In this document: in pieces, positions 1-13,701 of the stretch
How positions within the stretch are numbered: position 1 is the stretch's first letter
Layout of the letters: every line of letters starts with the position of its first letter
From: Flectonema sp. DT1601
Lineage: Eukaryota
Reading direction: 5' to 3'
Assembly (NCBI GenBank): GCA_964019425.1
Contig: OZ025783.1
Coordinates: 1,116,001 to 1,180,000, forward strand
Length of the DNA: 64,000 nucleotides
The notes under the pieces: generated by a model
What the model was told of the DNA's origin: nothing
Databases searched by the model: none
What the model saw: only the letters and a program-made list of their open reading frames with translations
Position numbers and translations under genes: made by a program

Positions 1-2189
1 AACCCAACCCCCGTTGAAAGTACTAAATTAGAAGCACAACTCTTCCTTCCATTCTGTGAGGAAATTCCTTTTTCCCCTTTTTTTTTTTTTTTCTCCAGAA
101 AACTAGAACATAACACACCAAGAGAGTGAATTTAAAAATAAAAATAAAAAAGAAGGAAAAAAAAAAAGAAAAAAAAATCATTTCACATCCTTTCACAAAC
201 AATAAAGATACCTAGAAATCAGATGCAGGAATTATTAACCAAAACTTCAGCCGAGAGTTGCAGACTTCTGAGGTACTGCCCACTCTATTCTACAGGTGCT
301 ATCTGCCAAAAGGTTTTACATGGGAGGCAGGACAGTATCCTTGCATTCCCTATCTACAGTTTGAGGAATCGTTAAAGGGGGGGCAACAGTCAGATCTCTT
401 CAAACATGACTAAAGAGAATTCTACTTGATAGGTTACCCAAAACCTTTGAGACTATAAAACATCAAACGGAGTTTAATGTCTAATTCTACTGGGAACGCC
501 GCGAAGCTAAATCCCTTTTGAGCTTTATTCCATTGAAGAACATGCTGAGGTAAGGTTGTTTTTCTTGTTGTTTGGACTAAGTTGCATTTTCTTTTAAATT
601 TAAAATCGGAATCACTGACCTAGTCTTGTGTTCCCAACAGAACACGCAAGTGATGAGTAACTGGGAACTCTCTTTTTTAAGTTCTATCCACCGTTCATCG
701 TTCGTCTTGGTTTGTGAAGAAAAAAAGAAAGAAAAAGAAGAAGAAGAAAAACAAAGACATTAGAAAAAAAAGAGAGAGGGAAATCGTTGTAGCGCAAGGA
801 AGGGAATTGGGAGAAAATGATGAAAAATTCAAAAAGTTTTTTTTTTTTTTTGGTTTTTTTTTAACACGGTGTGCCTTTTCATTTGTTCGTTTAGCGCAAA
901 CGTTAAAAGAAAAACACAACTACGAACAGAAGCGATCGTAAAAGTGTATTCTTATCAATTGCGCCTCGAAAAGAGAGTTCAGGGAAGTAGCAGGGCGTAA
1001 TGTGGCACCAGATCCCCGCGAAGGCAGCTGAATTTCGTTATTTTTTTTTCTTGTAGTTAAGTAAAAACACTTCGAGATATCACAAAAAAAATAAGTAAAC
1101 CCAGCAACATGGCAACCACATCCCTATCAGATTCCATTAGCAATGTAATATCAATAAAATTATTTTTTAATTTGGTTGGTTGGAATGTCTTTTTCTGACT
1201 CACGGTACCTTTTTTTTTTTTAAAAACCTAGAAACTATCAGCTTAGTAGCTGAAAAAAGCAAAAAGGCAATCAATTTGGAACCCTGACTTAGATCAGAAA
1301 AGAATTTAGTTAGTAATTAGTTATATAATCCAACGTTACTGTATATTATGAGTGCTAGGTAACTCACAGTAACAGAGGACCCAAACCGTAGCCAATTTGC
1401 AAGCATCATACACACTATTAACAGAAAAAATTACTTTTTTTTTTTTGTATTTAGTGTAAAACCATGGGGGAGAGTAGAAGCAGTAGGAAAAAAATTAAAT
1501 AAATAAACGAAAGTATAAAAAATAGGGGGGTGAAAAAAAAGAGTTGGGAGGTGATTAACTAAAAAAAAAAATAACCTCCAATAGATTTACGGAAAGCCAA
1601 ATACTTTTTTTTTTTTTTTTTTTTTCCCCTACCAAAATAATGTAAGAGAAATGAAGAAGCATTGGGTCACCATGTATGTCAAACTTACACAAGAAAGCCA
1701 CGATAGCATTCGCGGTAAGTGGAAATCAAAACCTCTGAAAACAGGTCATCGTGTCTTAACAATTGTACATTATAGTAGCAATATGTAAAAAAACAAAAAT
1801 AGACCTAATAAGAGTATCACCAGTATGCTCAGAGAACAATAAAATTGCATAGTGTCAACAGAATGCTTCATAAAAACGGAGATTCAATAGTATTTGAGGG
1901 AACAAGGGCAGCGTGATCACATTCGTTAGTAAGCAGATAGATAAAAAACGAACAAGGCAAAAAGAAATTGACTTTTTTTTTGCCTTGCTTAATAATTTCT
2001 TTTTAGACTCATTTTTTAATTACTTACGAACCCTAGAAAGCCAAAAATCAGGAAAAGCTCAACTGGGTAGCAGTTATTTCACTGCCAGCCAACCGTGAGA
2101 CTCTCACTGGCGATAAGAGAGGCAGAATATGCGCCAAGCACACTATCAATGTTAACAATAAGTATGTTGGCCACAAGAAACAAAGGGGA

Positions 2190-3950
2190 AAAAAGGAATT
2201 CCGGTGCGCGACCGTGGAGAGAGTTGTTTGTCAACTGTAATCAGTACAGAAGAACACGACATGTATAACGCTGCCTATTAAAATTATAAAATGATTAAAT
2301 CATTTTTTTAAGTTGTAAGCAACATTTTTTTTCATTGAAAAAAAAAGAAAAAACGAGAAGGGAAAAAGAAATCTCATCTAAAAAACACTGCTGGAAAATC
2401 TCGCAGTGTTCGTAACTAAACGAAATAAAGAATGATTGAAGCCAGGCGATGCACTAAAGATTAACTGCATTACGAAAACTGTAAAGCAGATAGTAGAGTG
2501 CTTAACAACTACCACAAACTATTTAAATGTATGTATGTTTTTTTTTTTTTTTTTTTTTTTTTTCTCTTTCTTTTCGGGGTAATCAACAGACGTAGATAGC
2601 ACCTGAAGAGCCACACCTAAAAGAGGAGGAAAAAACGTATTTTGATAAGATGAACCAGCCAAGCATCTTAGCTTAGATCATGTTGCTCTCGTAACTGAAA
2701 AAAGAAATTGAACTGCAAGTAGCAGAACAAACAATGCACAGGGTCTGTGATGGGTTTAAAAGGAGTAACTTTTTTCGTTCTTTTGTTAAGAACTGAAAAC
2801 GTGACCCTTTTATTTTTATTTCTATTTTTTTTTTAAGGAGGAAGCAGTGTGATGATTTGATCAAAGTATCTAAAATACTTGTTGTACACATTCAAGTCAG
2901 CAAAGAGGAAGGAAAAGAATCCAAACGAGTGACACGACTATTTTCTGAATTGCATGGCTTAATAAAGCTAAATACAAAATACTTGAATTGAAGGGGGGAA
3001 AAAACTCGCAAAGGAGGAGAAACACAGCAACATCTTACAGCATGAACAAAAGACGTTACACAAGAGCATTGGGAGGAATTCGTAATGGAAGCACCCAACG
3101 AGAAATCTTAGATGCGAAATATAATAATAAGAGAAGTATTCAACTTATCAACTGTAATTTGTACAGAAGAAATAGTGATACGACTACACGAGGCAATGAA
3201 GGAGATACACATTTTTTTTAATTTTCTCTCTCTTTTCGGGGTAATCTACAGACCTGAAGAACCACATCTAATAGAGGAAAAAACATATCCCGATAAGGTT
3301 TGAGCGAAAATTTGATACTGGATTATACTGTATTATAATGTATTATCAAGGCTCAAAGGAATAACAATCTCTCGGACAATCTTGACTGTCAGTGGCAGCG
3401 TAGTAAATGACTGCAAATAAATAATGCCAATGTAGACGTGAACATAGTTGAGCGCCACTTGCCTATGTTACCGTAACAGTCTTTTGTTCCTTGGGAAGTG
3501 CCCTAAACTTGTCTACTTCTATGGTGGATAGCACGCACAGTCTCCCGTTCCTGCCCAGACCTAGGCTTAACGTGTAACGGGGGGTAAATTAATACTTTGG
3601 GGGAGAAAAATGAACTGCAAGTCGCAGAACAAACAATGCACAGGGTCTGCGACGGGTCTATAGGTTACCTTTTTTTTCGTTTTTTTGTTAAAAACCGAAA
3701 AATAGCAATTTTATTTTTTATTCCAACGTCGTGATTCAAGTTTTTTTTTTTTTTTTTTCAAATTCATGGCTTAATGAAGCTAAACAAAAACTGAGAAAAA
3801 AAAAAAAGAAGAAAAAAAAAAAAAAAGATACTCAGGGGAATTAAATATGTAACGGAAGGGGAAACACGGTAACATCTTACAGCATGAACAAAAGACGTTA
3901 CACAAGAGCATTGGGAGGAATTCGTAATGAAGCATTCAAAGAGATGTCTC
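2190..3950. repeat. Diverged tandem duplication, two ~0.9-kb non-coding units (about 2190-3100 and 3100-3950)
   Basis: Collinear shared blocks: tcttttcggggtaatc (~2570/~3231), tgaactgcaagt.gcagaacaaacaatgcacagggtctg (~2709/~3611) and an identical 59-nt block at 3029-3087 = 3871-3929. Outer boundaries are approximate. Confidence 0.8.
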
Positions 3951-6900
3951 AGATGCATACAGTGGATTTATTATCAATCGTAAATAAAAAAAACACAATA
4001 ATAATAAAAGGGGGATGGGGAAAACTAACTTGTGCGAAGAGGGTACTTAATTCGCCTTTTGTAAATGACTGAATCTAGAAAAAAGTTAGCAACTTGATTT
4101 TGCTTGACAGTTAAAAGAATACCCATCATCAGTCTTACAGGATTAATTATGACGATCTATTTTTATTTATTTTTGTTACTTTGAGGGAAGGTGAGAGGCA
4201 AGTATGACAAGAGAGCAAACCCTCGGAACCAGCAACTAAACATCATAAGTGTTAAGCAGGTTTTCCAGATCTTGCCATACCCGTCGCCATAGCGAAGATA
4301 AAAAGACCAAAGGATGTATCAGCGTCTTCGGTTTTTCCAAAAGACGACTGCTCGTCCTTCTAATTAGTAACGATGTCATGAAACAAGCTGATGACTGATA
4401 AATGTGATTGATTGTTCAACGTAGTGGTAAAAAGAAAGTATCCGGTGTGGTTGGGACCTTTAAGGTTCCTTTATTGTACATATCCCTGTTCGGGAAGCAA
4501 AATTAAAGGTACTAGATCAAATCAAGCCCTAAATTAGTAACCCAACCGATAAGTGTATTTATTTAAGAAATAAATACTACTGAGGGACATAGTCCACTCC
4601 AGCCTCCTTCCACGCGGTGACGTGGCCGATAAGGAGGTTTTGAAATGTCTCACTGTATTCTTAATAACAAGTGATTAGCATTTGCTTTTACTTTTTAAAC
4701 GTTCCTCGGGCTAGGAAAACAAATACGAGGCCAACTCAAGATAGTGGAATTGGTCTTGTAGTATGTGAGACTAGGCTAGGTAGAGAAAACAAGAATAAGA
4801 AAGTCTGTTCTTCCTTCCACACGAAGTGGACTTTATAGGAAGTAAAGTTATCATCAGTAACAAGACGAGCAGTGCTCGACTTCTTAAAGTGTTTTATTTT
4901 ATTTTCGGAAAGGATTGGGACTAAAAATAACATACATGTCCAACATAAGTGGACTTGCTTAGCAGGGTTAGGTTTTGAAGGTGACCACGAGGGACTGAGT
5001 CCACAAAACAATTCCATCCACATTGTGGACTACATTGGAAGTTTGATCCCCTTCATAGTAATTGCTAGTTAGTAGGTCCGCGAGTCCAACTGGCCGAGCC
5101 CCAATACTACGGTAGTAGATTGAACCTAATCCCGGAGGATTATTTTGTTGGTTTCGGAAAGAAGCATACAAGATCTTGTTGTTTGTATTGTGTGATTGAG
5201 TTAAAAAAAAAAGGAATACAAGAGACTGAATCCCCCCAACTACTTCCTCTACTCTTGGGTAGAATAATCAGAAACTTGAAATTCGTGAACAAGAAAAAAA
5301 GCAAGAAGAAAACATCGGTCAGTATATTTTCTTGGAGCGAATGTTCCGTTACCTCTTCAAGCCTGCTGCCTTTGAGTGAGATTCCAGTCAGACGCAGCCT
5401 AGGCCTGAAGAGAAACATAGCAAAGGAATAACTAAAAGTAAATCTTAATAAGATCTGAACTCAATAAATACGTCGAAACGGTAAATCGAATATCGGGCGA
5501 GACCTTTTGCCCGCCAAGCGATAATCGCAGCTGACAAGAACTAAAAGAATGGGTGGAGATGGTGAGGGAAATCGTGATCACGAATCACTAAAAACAAAAA
5601 CAAATAAAAGAAAAGCTGCCTGCCGGCAGCTGTTGTAAACGTAATCTAAAACAACGATCGAACTGACGCGTCGTGTATAAAATACAAAACTTCTGTTCGT
5701 CAAAAAAAAAGAAAAAAGAAAAAATGTAAACATGATGGTTATCCGTTATGCTAAAAGATTGCAAAATAATCAACAAAAAGAGCGGTGGGGAAAGGGAGAG
5801 GATTTTTTCCTCCAAGCTTATTTTTCTTAACTAGTCTTCACCTACTGCTACACAAATGATATGAATTTCTCAACAATGGGACCCGGCGGGTGGGTTTCAC
5901 TAGTCCGCAAAGCCCCTCAATCGATTTCATAGCACCCAGAGTACGGCTGAGTATGGCTGAGTGCCTGTTTTCTTTCCCAAAACCTAAATTATTTTTTTTA
6001 TTTTTCACTTCTTGTTTTGATTAAAAATAAAAACGAAAAAAAAAAAAAAAAAAGAATAAAGAGAGGGGGGATAAAACATCAAAAAGAAAATAGCAAACTG
6101 TACTTTAAGAATTATAGTAAAGTGTATTTTGTGCGCAAATAAAAAAAAGGGCTAGAAAGAACCACCCAGCATTAACTGGGTTATTCAGAGGAATGAATTT
6201 GTGTTTGTTCTGTTTTTTTTTTTTTCGTTATTGCTTTTCAATGGAATTGTCTTCTCACAATGGTTCACGATTGCAACCCTACCTACTGTGCTGCTTGAGT
6301 AGATTGACATTCCGCAATAGAATAACAATTTAGGGAAGGTAGTAGCGCAACACGGAAGGCAACATGCTTCGTTCAAGTCTTGTGGTTTGATTCTCTAATA
6401 AATGCAAGAAAAGAACTACTAGACTAGTAGAAGGAAGGACTGAATGACGAGGAAGATTTCTGAGCAGCAGTCGAGTTCTATGCGAACCCCAGCAACTCAT
6501 TCACCCTTCGCATGCAATCCCTTACAAGACGGTAAGAACATTCTACCAAAAAGGGGAAAAAGTGGAACGCAAGGAATAGAAAAGTAGGAAATATAATTTT
6601 GGCATTAACAAAATCGGAAATTAGTTAACACTAATTATATTTTGTTCGTGTACGAAATCGTAAGCCAGATTAGCTGAGACAGTCAAAGAAAGGTTCACGT
6701 CTGCTCTCCCAGAAAGTGTTTTGTACCTTATTAGTTGCAAAGAATGGGCAAGAAAGGAAACAAGGCAAACTAACGATTAACAATAAAATAAAAAAGAAAG
6801 AAAAAAAAGAAATTAGCTTTGATAAAAAAGGTTAATAAAATCACGTAGAGCAACCCTGCGAAGACCAGCAAGAGTCAAGTAGTTCTTCCAGACATGATTC

Positions 6901-7115
6901 GCAATAACTAAATTGTATGCTAAGCAGCTATTTACCAATGCACAGGAAGGAGAGGTATAACGTAAAGCAAATTGCTAAAACCGCAGAACTGTTTTGCTCT
7001 TTCCGAAACTGACGACTTGCCGCGCAATTGTTGCTAATTTGTTATAGTTTAGATAGTACATGATTATTTAAAAAATTACATTTAAGAAAACAAAATAAGT
7101 CAAAACATTAAATAA

Positions 7116-7188
7116 ATTGTTCTGCTGTTCCGAAGAACACGTGTAGAAAACGTAGTTTCAGGGGGCCATAATCTTATACTATTTGTCC
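7116..7188. repeat. Short dispersed repeat, with a second copy at 58123-58189 and a fragment near 44275
   Basis: attgttctgctgttcc...acgtagtttcagg...taatcttatacta.ttgtcc is shared between loci 51 kb apart. Confidence 0.7.
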
Positions 7189-10100
7189 TTATTCCAAATT
7201 TCTTGTAAATAAGTTTCAAAAGTGGTTCTTAACGTAAGACGTGTGGTATAGTTGGATAGATTTATTACTTGACTTTTTAAGTAGAACGCAAAAAAAAAGG
7301 ACAATGGGTAGCGAAGAAGAGAAAAAAAGGGTAATTTGATACTGCATTCTTAAGCTCAAAGGGGTGAAGAAAAAAATTGTTTGACACATTACAAAAAATA
7401 TCACATACGACCACAGTAATTATTACTATAGACTTCTTTTTTTTTTTTTTTCCCACTAATTTTTTTTCCATCAATGGAATTTATAAATATTTTTTCGAGA
7501 AACCGAAGCACTCTTACCCCTATTCTCTCATCCTTAGTGCGAAGTGGAAGTAAGTCGGTCATATCTGGGGAGACCGAGCTACCGCGTTGACAGCTAGCTT
7601 GGGTTTCGTGAATGGAGGGGAAAGAGATAGACAGCAAACTCTAGACGTGAAAGGCGAAGTAAGGGAAGGGGGAAAATATTTTAATAAAATTATAAGAAAG
7701 AAAACGATTTTAAAAAAAAAAAAAAAAAAAAAAAGATGAATAATAAGTTCGAGCGTAGAAAAAAATAAAACCCGATGACAAAACATAATAGGGATCTGGC
7801 CACACATACCTCGTTGCGAACCCTAAGGAAAGCAACCTTGAAAGTAAGCAGCACGAGATGAAGAAAGAAAGGGATAACAACGATTAATAGATAGTTGGAT
7901 AATATGTTATGAGCGTTATCGAATACCGAGGGGAGAAAGAAAAAAATGAATGATTGAATAAAAAAAAATAATAAAAAGACAGCGGTAACAATAGCTCAAC
8001 CAAAACATACAATAGAACGAAAGAAGGCCACCCAACGTGAGGGGTACACAAAAAGAATGGTATCCCTGCACATCACAGAGCCGAAGACAAGAAAGTAAAA
8101 AAATTTTAAAGTTTTGATTCTTTTTTTTGTGCGCACAAAAAACTGCGATCTACGAAACCGCTTAACAGGAAACTCTCACTCACTCACTCACTGAACATGC
8201 TACTAACTACATTCAAATCTCGACAGCGCAACAGCATTTTCATGCTGCAGCCACACTCATAAAACCTGAGGATAACTCAAATTTAAAACAAGGTATGGGT
8301 TGGGACTCAAAAAGCAAGAGAGAGGCTGCCTTAAGACAGTTGAAAATTTAAGGACAGACTTCCCTTTCTTTTTTTTTCTTTTCAAAAGCCTCAAGGTTTG
8401 GCTTTAAAGCAATACAGATACGAAAATAATAATTATTTGCCAGGACCAATTAACTAACATAATCAGCAAAATCATCCGCGTGTTATCCAACATAAGAAGG
8501 CGAGACAAGCGCGCACGAAGCACCTTTGCTGAGGTAAGAATATTGATGCGTGTTCGTGGTTGGCGACTAAAAAAAGGTTTGATTTTTTTTTTTTGTGTAG
8601 TATAACATGCCTGACATCAGCTAGAACTATACCAGAGCACGGAGATCACTACAAAGATTTATTTTTATTCTATTTTTTTTTTTTTTTTTCGTTCTTCTCA
8701 AACAATACAAAATAACATTAACCACACGTTGAAGTGTTAGATATGTGGATGTGAATCTTGTCTGTGAAAAATTCTTGGAAGAAATTAAAGAAGAAAACAC
8801 CCCCACACCATTTGCAGGCGGGGTTTGCTGGAGTTACAAGAATGTAAAAAGAAAGAAAAGGACCAAGACATGTTGTCTCAGTTTGAAATTTATTTCGAGT
8901 GCTACTCGAAAAGGGTACAACAATAACAGAGGAATAACAACCGCGAAAATGCGAATCCTCAAAAACCCTGACAGACGGGAAAGGCGTTCCTTCCCCCGAC
9001 CACTGAGCTTCGAGTCCTTCGCAAATTTCTGACATTTGATACGACGAGGACTTCAAATATTTTGAACATCAGAAGCCTCCTGAAAGCTTTTATTTTTACG
9101 GTTTTTCCGTATGCAAGGTTCCTCAAACAACTAAATCAACAGTGTGACAAGAAGTAATGTACTAAAGTAACCCTCAACAGAATGTCGATGAGGCGCTCCT
9201 TGCCAATTACTCAGTTTTCTGATAACGATACTTATTTCCGAACTCTCTCCTTACGGAGCTACTTAGTTTTACAAAAAAGATATACTCATATAAATAACAG
9301 TGATGCTACATAATTGAATTTGCAAACAGTAGCCGCAAGAAATCACTATTATCATGAACACGCAATATGGGCAGCCTTTGTAGCCAATGAGTCAAGCAAG
9401 AAAAACAAAACTCCATCAACACGTTTGTATTGGCGGAGGATTAAGTTTTCCCCGACTGTTTTCTAAACCCACAAATCAATTTTAATTTTAGGAATATAAG
9501 TTAGTATAAGGTGTTAGTACTTTTGAGGGGGGGCGGAGAAAAAAAATTTTCTCTTTCATGCAAGGGAACTGAAGAGGTATTCCTCTTTGTTTCACCCAAT
9601 GATGATTTTTCTTCTTTTTTTTTTTTTTTTTTTAAATTTCTTCCAGTAAAGGACAAACGAATATCCGTATCAAGTTTAAACGGGTTGATAGATACAGAAG
9701 TCTATTAGCATATCGAGCATCACTCACTGATACCGCAAACTAAAGAGCATCTGGTTAGCAGAGCTACGAGGTAATTTAGTGAAATAAAATTGTTTAAAAA
9801 GATAATTCACAGGTAAGCTGTTGCATGATATAAAAAGGGGGGGGAAATACAAAAAAAAGGACTGAAGACAACAACATTCCAAAGAGGGACTCCTCCAAGG
9901 AGTAGTAATTGAGAATAATTCAAATTCATAACAGATGGGGAAAATTTATTTTTAAAAAAAAAAAGAAGAAAAAAAAAACTGACTGAAAAGAACGAGTCGT
10001 TAGTAGCAGCGCAACGAGTGAGTTGTTTTTGATTTGTTTCTTTTATTACTGTTGAGCGATTCTATACCATTTGGGGGTGTCAATAGCACCCACTTTTCTT

Positions 10101-11020
10101 TTCTTTTTTCATAATTACATAATAGGTGCTTTCCCTATGACGGATCGAAAACCCAATCACTGAAAGCATCTCTGATCTATTTTTTTTTTTCATTTCTTTT
10201 TAAGAAAACCAGCAGAGGGCTCTAACTACGAACACACAACAAGAACACGAACCAAAGAGAGAATGCGATTCTGGTATTGTTGTGCGCAGCGAACACATCA
10301 AAAACTGGTAGCCATTTATTTTTTATTTTTTATTGTCATTTTCCAATCGCTCAAATGGAGGGATAGATTCTCACCATCACCGTCACAAGTATCACACAGG
10401 ACGCAGCTTTTGTCTAACAAAAGTCTTCATCGAAGAATTGAGTTCATACACATTATAAGAAATCCTAAAGTAAACAATCACACTGCAGTACAGCAAAGAT
10501 GAAATAAGAGCTGTTTTTTTTATCAAATGCAGAGTGATTGAGAAGACTTAACGTAATGTGAAAAAGCTGTTTGAATACACAAACAGAGGTATCGAAGTAT
10601 TTTCAATTTCTTCGTTAAAAGAACTATGTTATCAGAACAACAAATGTCATTGTCAGTGTGAGGGGGGTGGGGAAGGTGCAGAAAGGAGAGTTTGTTATTA
10701 CTTTAATTTGTCATTATTACTTTAGGAAGGGAGAGACAAAGGTAAACTACATTCAAAGCTGTCATCCGACTTGAACACTAAAAAATACTCGGAAGGCAAT
10801 TTTGATATATTCCTCGCTGAATAAATAACAAAACTGCCAGAAGTGAAGAGGAGAGAGTTCACCGGGTACACCTACAGTTCAAATGAACAACAGCTTAGCA
10901 CATAAATTCCTTTACTACATTATAACATAACGTGTAATTGATATTATCATCGTTTTAGAAATACGAAATAAAGGATTTATAACTTTATTACCACATCTCC
11001 CATCCGCAAAATGATTGCAC

Positions 11021-11479
11021 CTACTCTGAGACAACAAACTTTGCCAAGTCTGATGGTGAGACGAATGTTTCCCATTCGAGGTCATTAAGAAATCGTACTT
11101 CGAGTCTGTTCAGTTCTTTTGCTTCCATTCCGAAGCTGCTTGCGTAGTAAGAGTTGGTAGCTAAGTCCATGCAGTCGCATTGGTACTTTGTCGCGACAAC
11201 CAATGCACTTACCAAAATACGATGAACTGATAAAGATGTTACTAATAATCCTTTCTTTACAGCTCTCTGAATGTAAAGAGCAGCCATTACGACAACTACG
11301 TCTGGTGCCTCTGACGTTCTCTGCCACCATCTGATCACCTGAAGAAGTGGTGACTTTGATGCAGCACGTCCATCGTAGTACGTAACCTCTCTCGGGTTCT
11401 CAGCGTTTACTTTATCTCCAATCTTAGCAAGCTTTGTGAACATTGAAGCAATATCGGTGTCAAGAATGGTCATCGACAT
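11021..11479 (-). CDS. PHO80/U-type (kinetoplastid CYC2-like) cyclin, copy 1
   Basis: 152 aa. Cyclin-box motifs AALYIQR, SVHRILVSALVVATKY, NSYYA..FG...KELNRLEVRFL..LEW. Confidence 0.9.
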   Translation of the reverse strand: MSMTILDTDIASMFTKLAKIGDKVNAENPREVTYYDGRAASKSPLLQVIRWWQRTSEAPDVVVVMAALYIQRAVKKGLLVTSLSVHRILVSALVVATKYQCDCMDLATNSYYASSFGMEAKELNRLEVRFLNDLEWETFVSPSDLAKFVVSE

Positions 11480-13701
11480 TATTATTATGTTTTTTTTTTT
11501 TTTTTTTTGAAGTGTGAGTACAAGGAATCTGATTTGAATGAATGAATGACGTAATAAAATTGTAAACAGGTCTATCTTCTCATATTTTTTATGACCTCAC
11601 TTTGAACCACCCCCACAGAAATAATCTTGTACTGTGAGAGATAATTATAATAAACACGTTAAACTGTATTCAAACGTCAGAGTCGCTAAATGTAAAGTTG
11701 CTGCACACAGAGAGCGTACTAGTGGATTACACAGAATGTGCGTAACATAATAACATAATTAAATATAAAGTAACCTGAAACTGGTCAGCAACAGAGGAAG
11801 ACAATCACTAGCCGCTTCGTAGACAGCATGGATCGTATAATAATTATTAGCTTCAGCTGAAGGATAGCAACTTAGTTTACAATGAAGTAAACGAATACTA
11901 ACGAACAGCTTTAAAAAAGGAGAGGAATAAATAAGATATGGTTGGGAATCTGGAGTTTACCAGTGGGATGAAAACAGGCTACCCAATAATTATGACCGAC
12001 TCACCCTTGGTGTTCTGACACGTTACAGGAGCTGAAGACAGGATAGCACTACTATATTTGAGTTTTTCTTTTGTGGGCGTGATACACAAAAGACAACACC
12101 CGCAGTAGATTGCAGGAAGAAATTCTCATTTATAAAAAAAAGGGGTTGGTTTTTCTTGTGTAGTGTCAGAGCATTCGCTGCATAGACTCGTTTATTTATT
12201 TTCGTTCTTCTCAAACAATTCAAGATAACATCATCCACGTTGAAGTGTTCGGAATGCGGATGTGAATCTTGTCTGCGAAAGATTGTCGGAAGAAAGAATA
12301 TAAGAAAACATTCCACAACCTTTCGGTGCGGACTTTATGAATGTAATGTAAAAGGAAAAAAAAAAAAAAATGATTCAAAGGTTTGAAATTTAGTGTGTAC
12401 ATGAATTAACAACCGCAAGAATGCGAATCCTCAAAAGCCTTGATAGACGGGAAATAATTCCTTCCCCCGACCACTGAGCTTCGAGTCCTTCGCAAATTTC
12501 CGACATTTGATTTGATAAGCAAGAACAAGGCTCCCTCAAACAACTCGAGCAACAGAGGCAAGAAGCAATGTATTTAGGAATCCTCAACAAAACGTTAGGG
12601 ATGGGTGCTCCTTGCCAATTACCCAGTTTTTTCTGATAACGATACTTATTTCGGAACTCACTCCTTTTTAGGAGCTACTTAGTTGTACAAAAATTAAAAA
12701 AAAAGATAAAAAAAAAGGAATGAAAAAATCGCATTTTTAATTTCTTGTAACAAACGAAGAAATGTTTCGAATTTGTTGAAATAAAAAGAAATTTTCGCCA
12801 TTGGGGGGTGCCTGATAATGTCATTCTTAAAGATTGAACCTCCCTCGCTCGAGGCTACTGAGAACTTTTATTAACCATTGCGGGTCGAAATAACACTCAT
12901 ATGAATAATTACTCTCTTCGAAAAGTACGAAAACTTCGAAAGTTCTAAGTTTCATACGATGCAGGTATAAAATGCTGCCGCTCCACGAACCAAAACTGGG
13001 ACACAACAGTTATGATGTTATTGTGTTGCTAAGAATACAAATAGCAAGTCTCTCAAGTACCTGATCAACTATTTTCAGAACGATGACAATGAAATCATTG
13101 GATCCCCCTGGCGAAAATCTCAAAAAAAAAAAAAAAAGTTTAAAAAAACCATTCACAAGCAAGACTTTGATGATTTAAAATAATATTTTTAAACAAAAAG
13201 GAAGGAAAGACAAGATCAATACTCCAAAGAGATACCTCTAAGGCGTTATCGAGAATTAACTTAAATTCCTGAACAGAAAAATACTGCGTTGTCAGTAGCA
13301 GTAAAGTGAGCGAGTTGTTTCGATTTGTTTTTTTATTACTGTTAAGCAATTCTATAACATTCAAGGGGGTGCCAATTTTTTTTTTTTTTTTCTTTTCACT
13401 TTTTCCCCCCATAATTACAATATTATGGCGCATCGTTGGCATTCTTTTTAAAAGAAATAGCAATGGGGTAGCATGAATACAGAAAATACGGACAAAGTGA
13501 CGGATGGTGTCCTGCATTACTGTTCAGCGAATCAAGGGAATGACAGCTCGCATAGGAGAAAACAATCACACAGCAGTTTAGCAGATGAAATAATGCTGAA
13601 CCCTCAGAGTGATTGAGAAGACTTCACACGCTGTGAAAATGACTCAAAAAACCTGAAATCATTTTGTGAATTAAAAAGCGCGTATCGAATGTCATCGTAA
13701 C

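Noticed and set aside
695..10502. Short K/F-rich ORFs here and in other spacers (e.g. 17250-19057, 49366-51956)
   Set aside because: Translations of poly-A/poly-T tracts with no domain signal.
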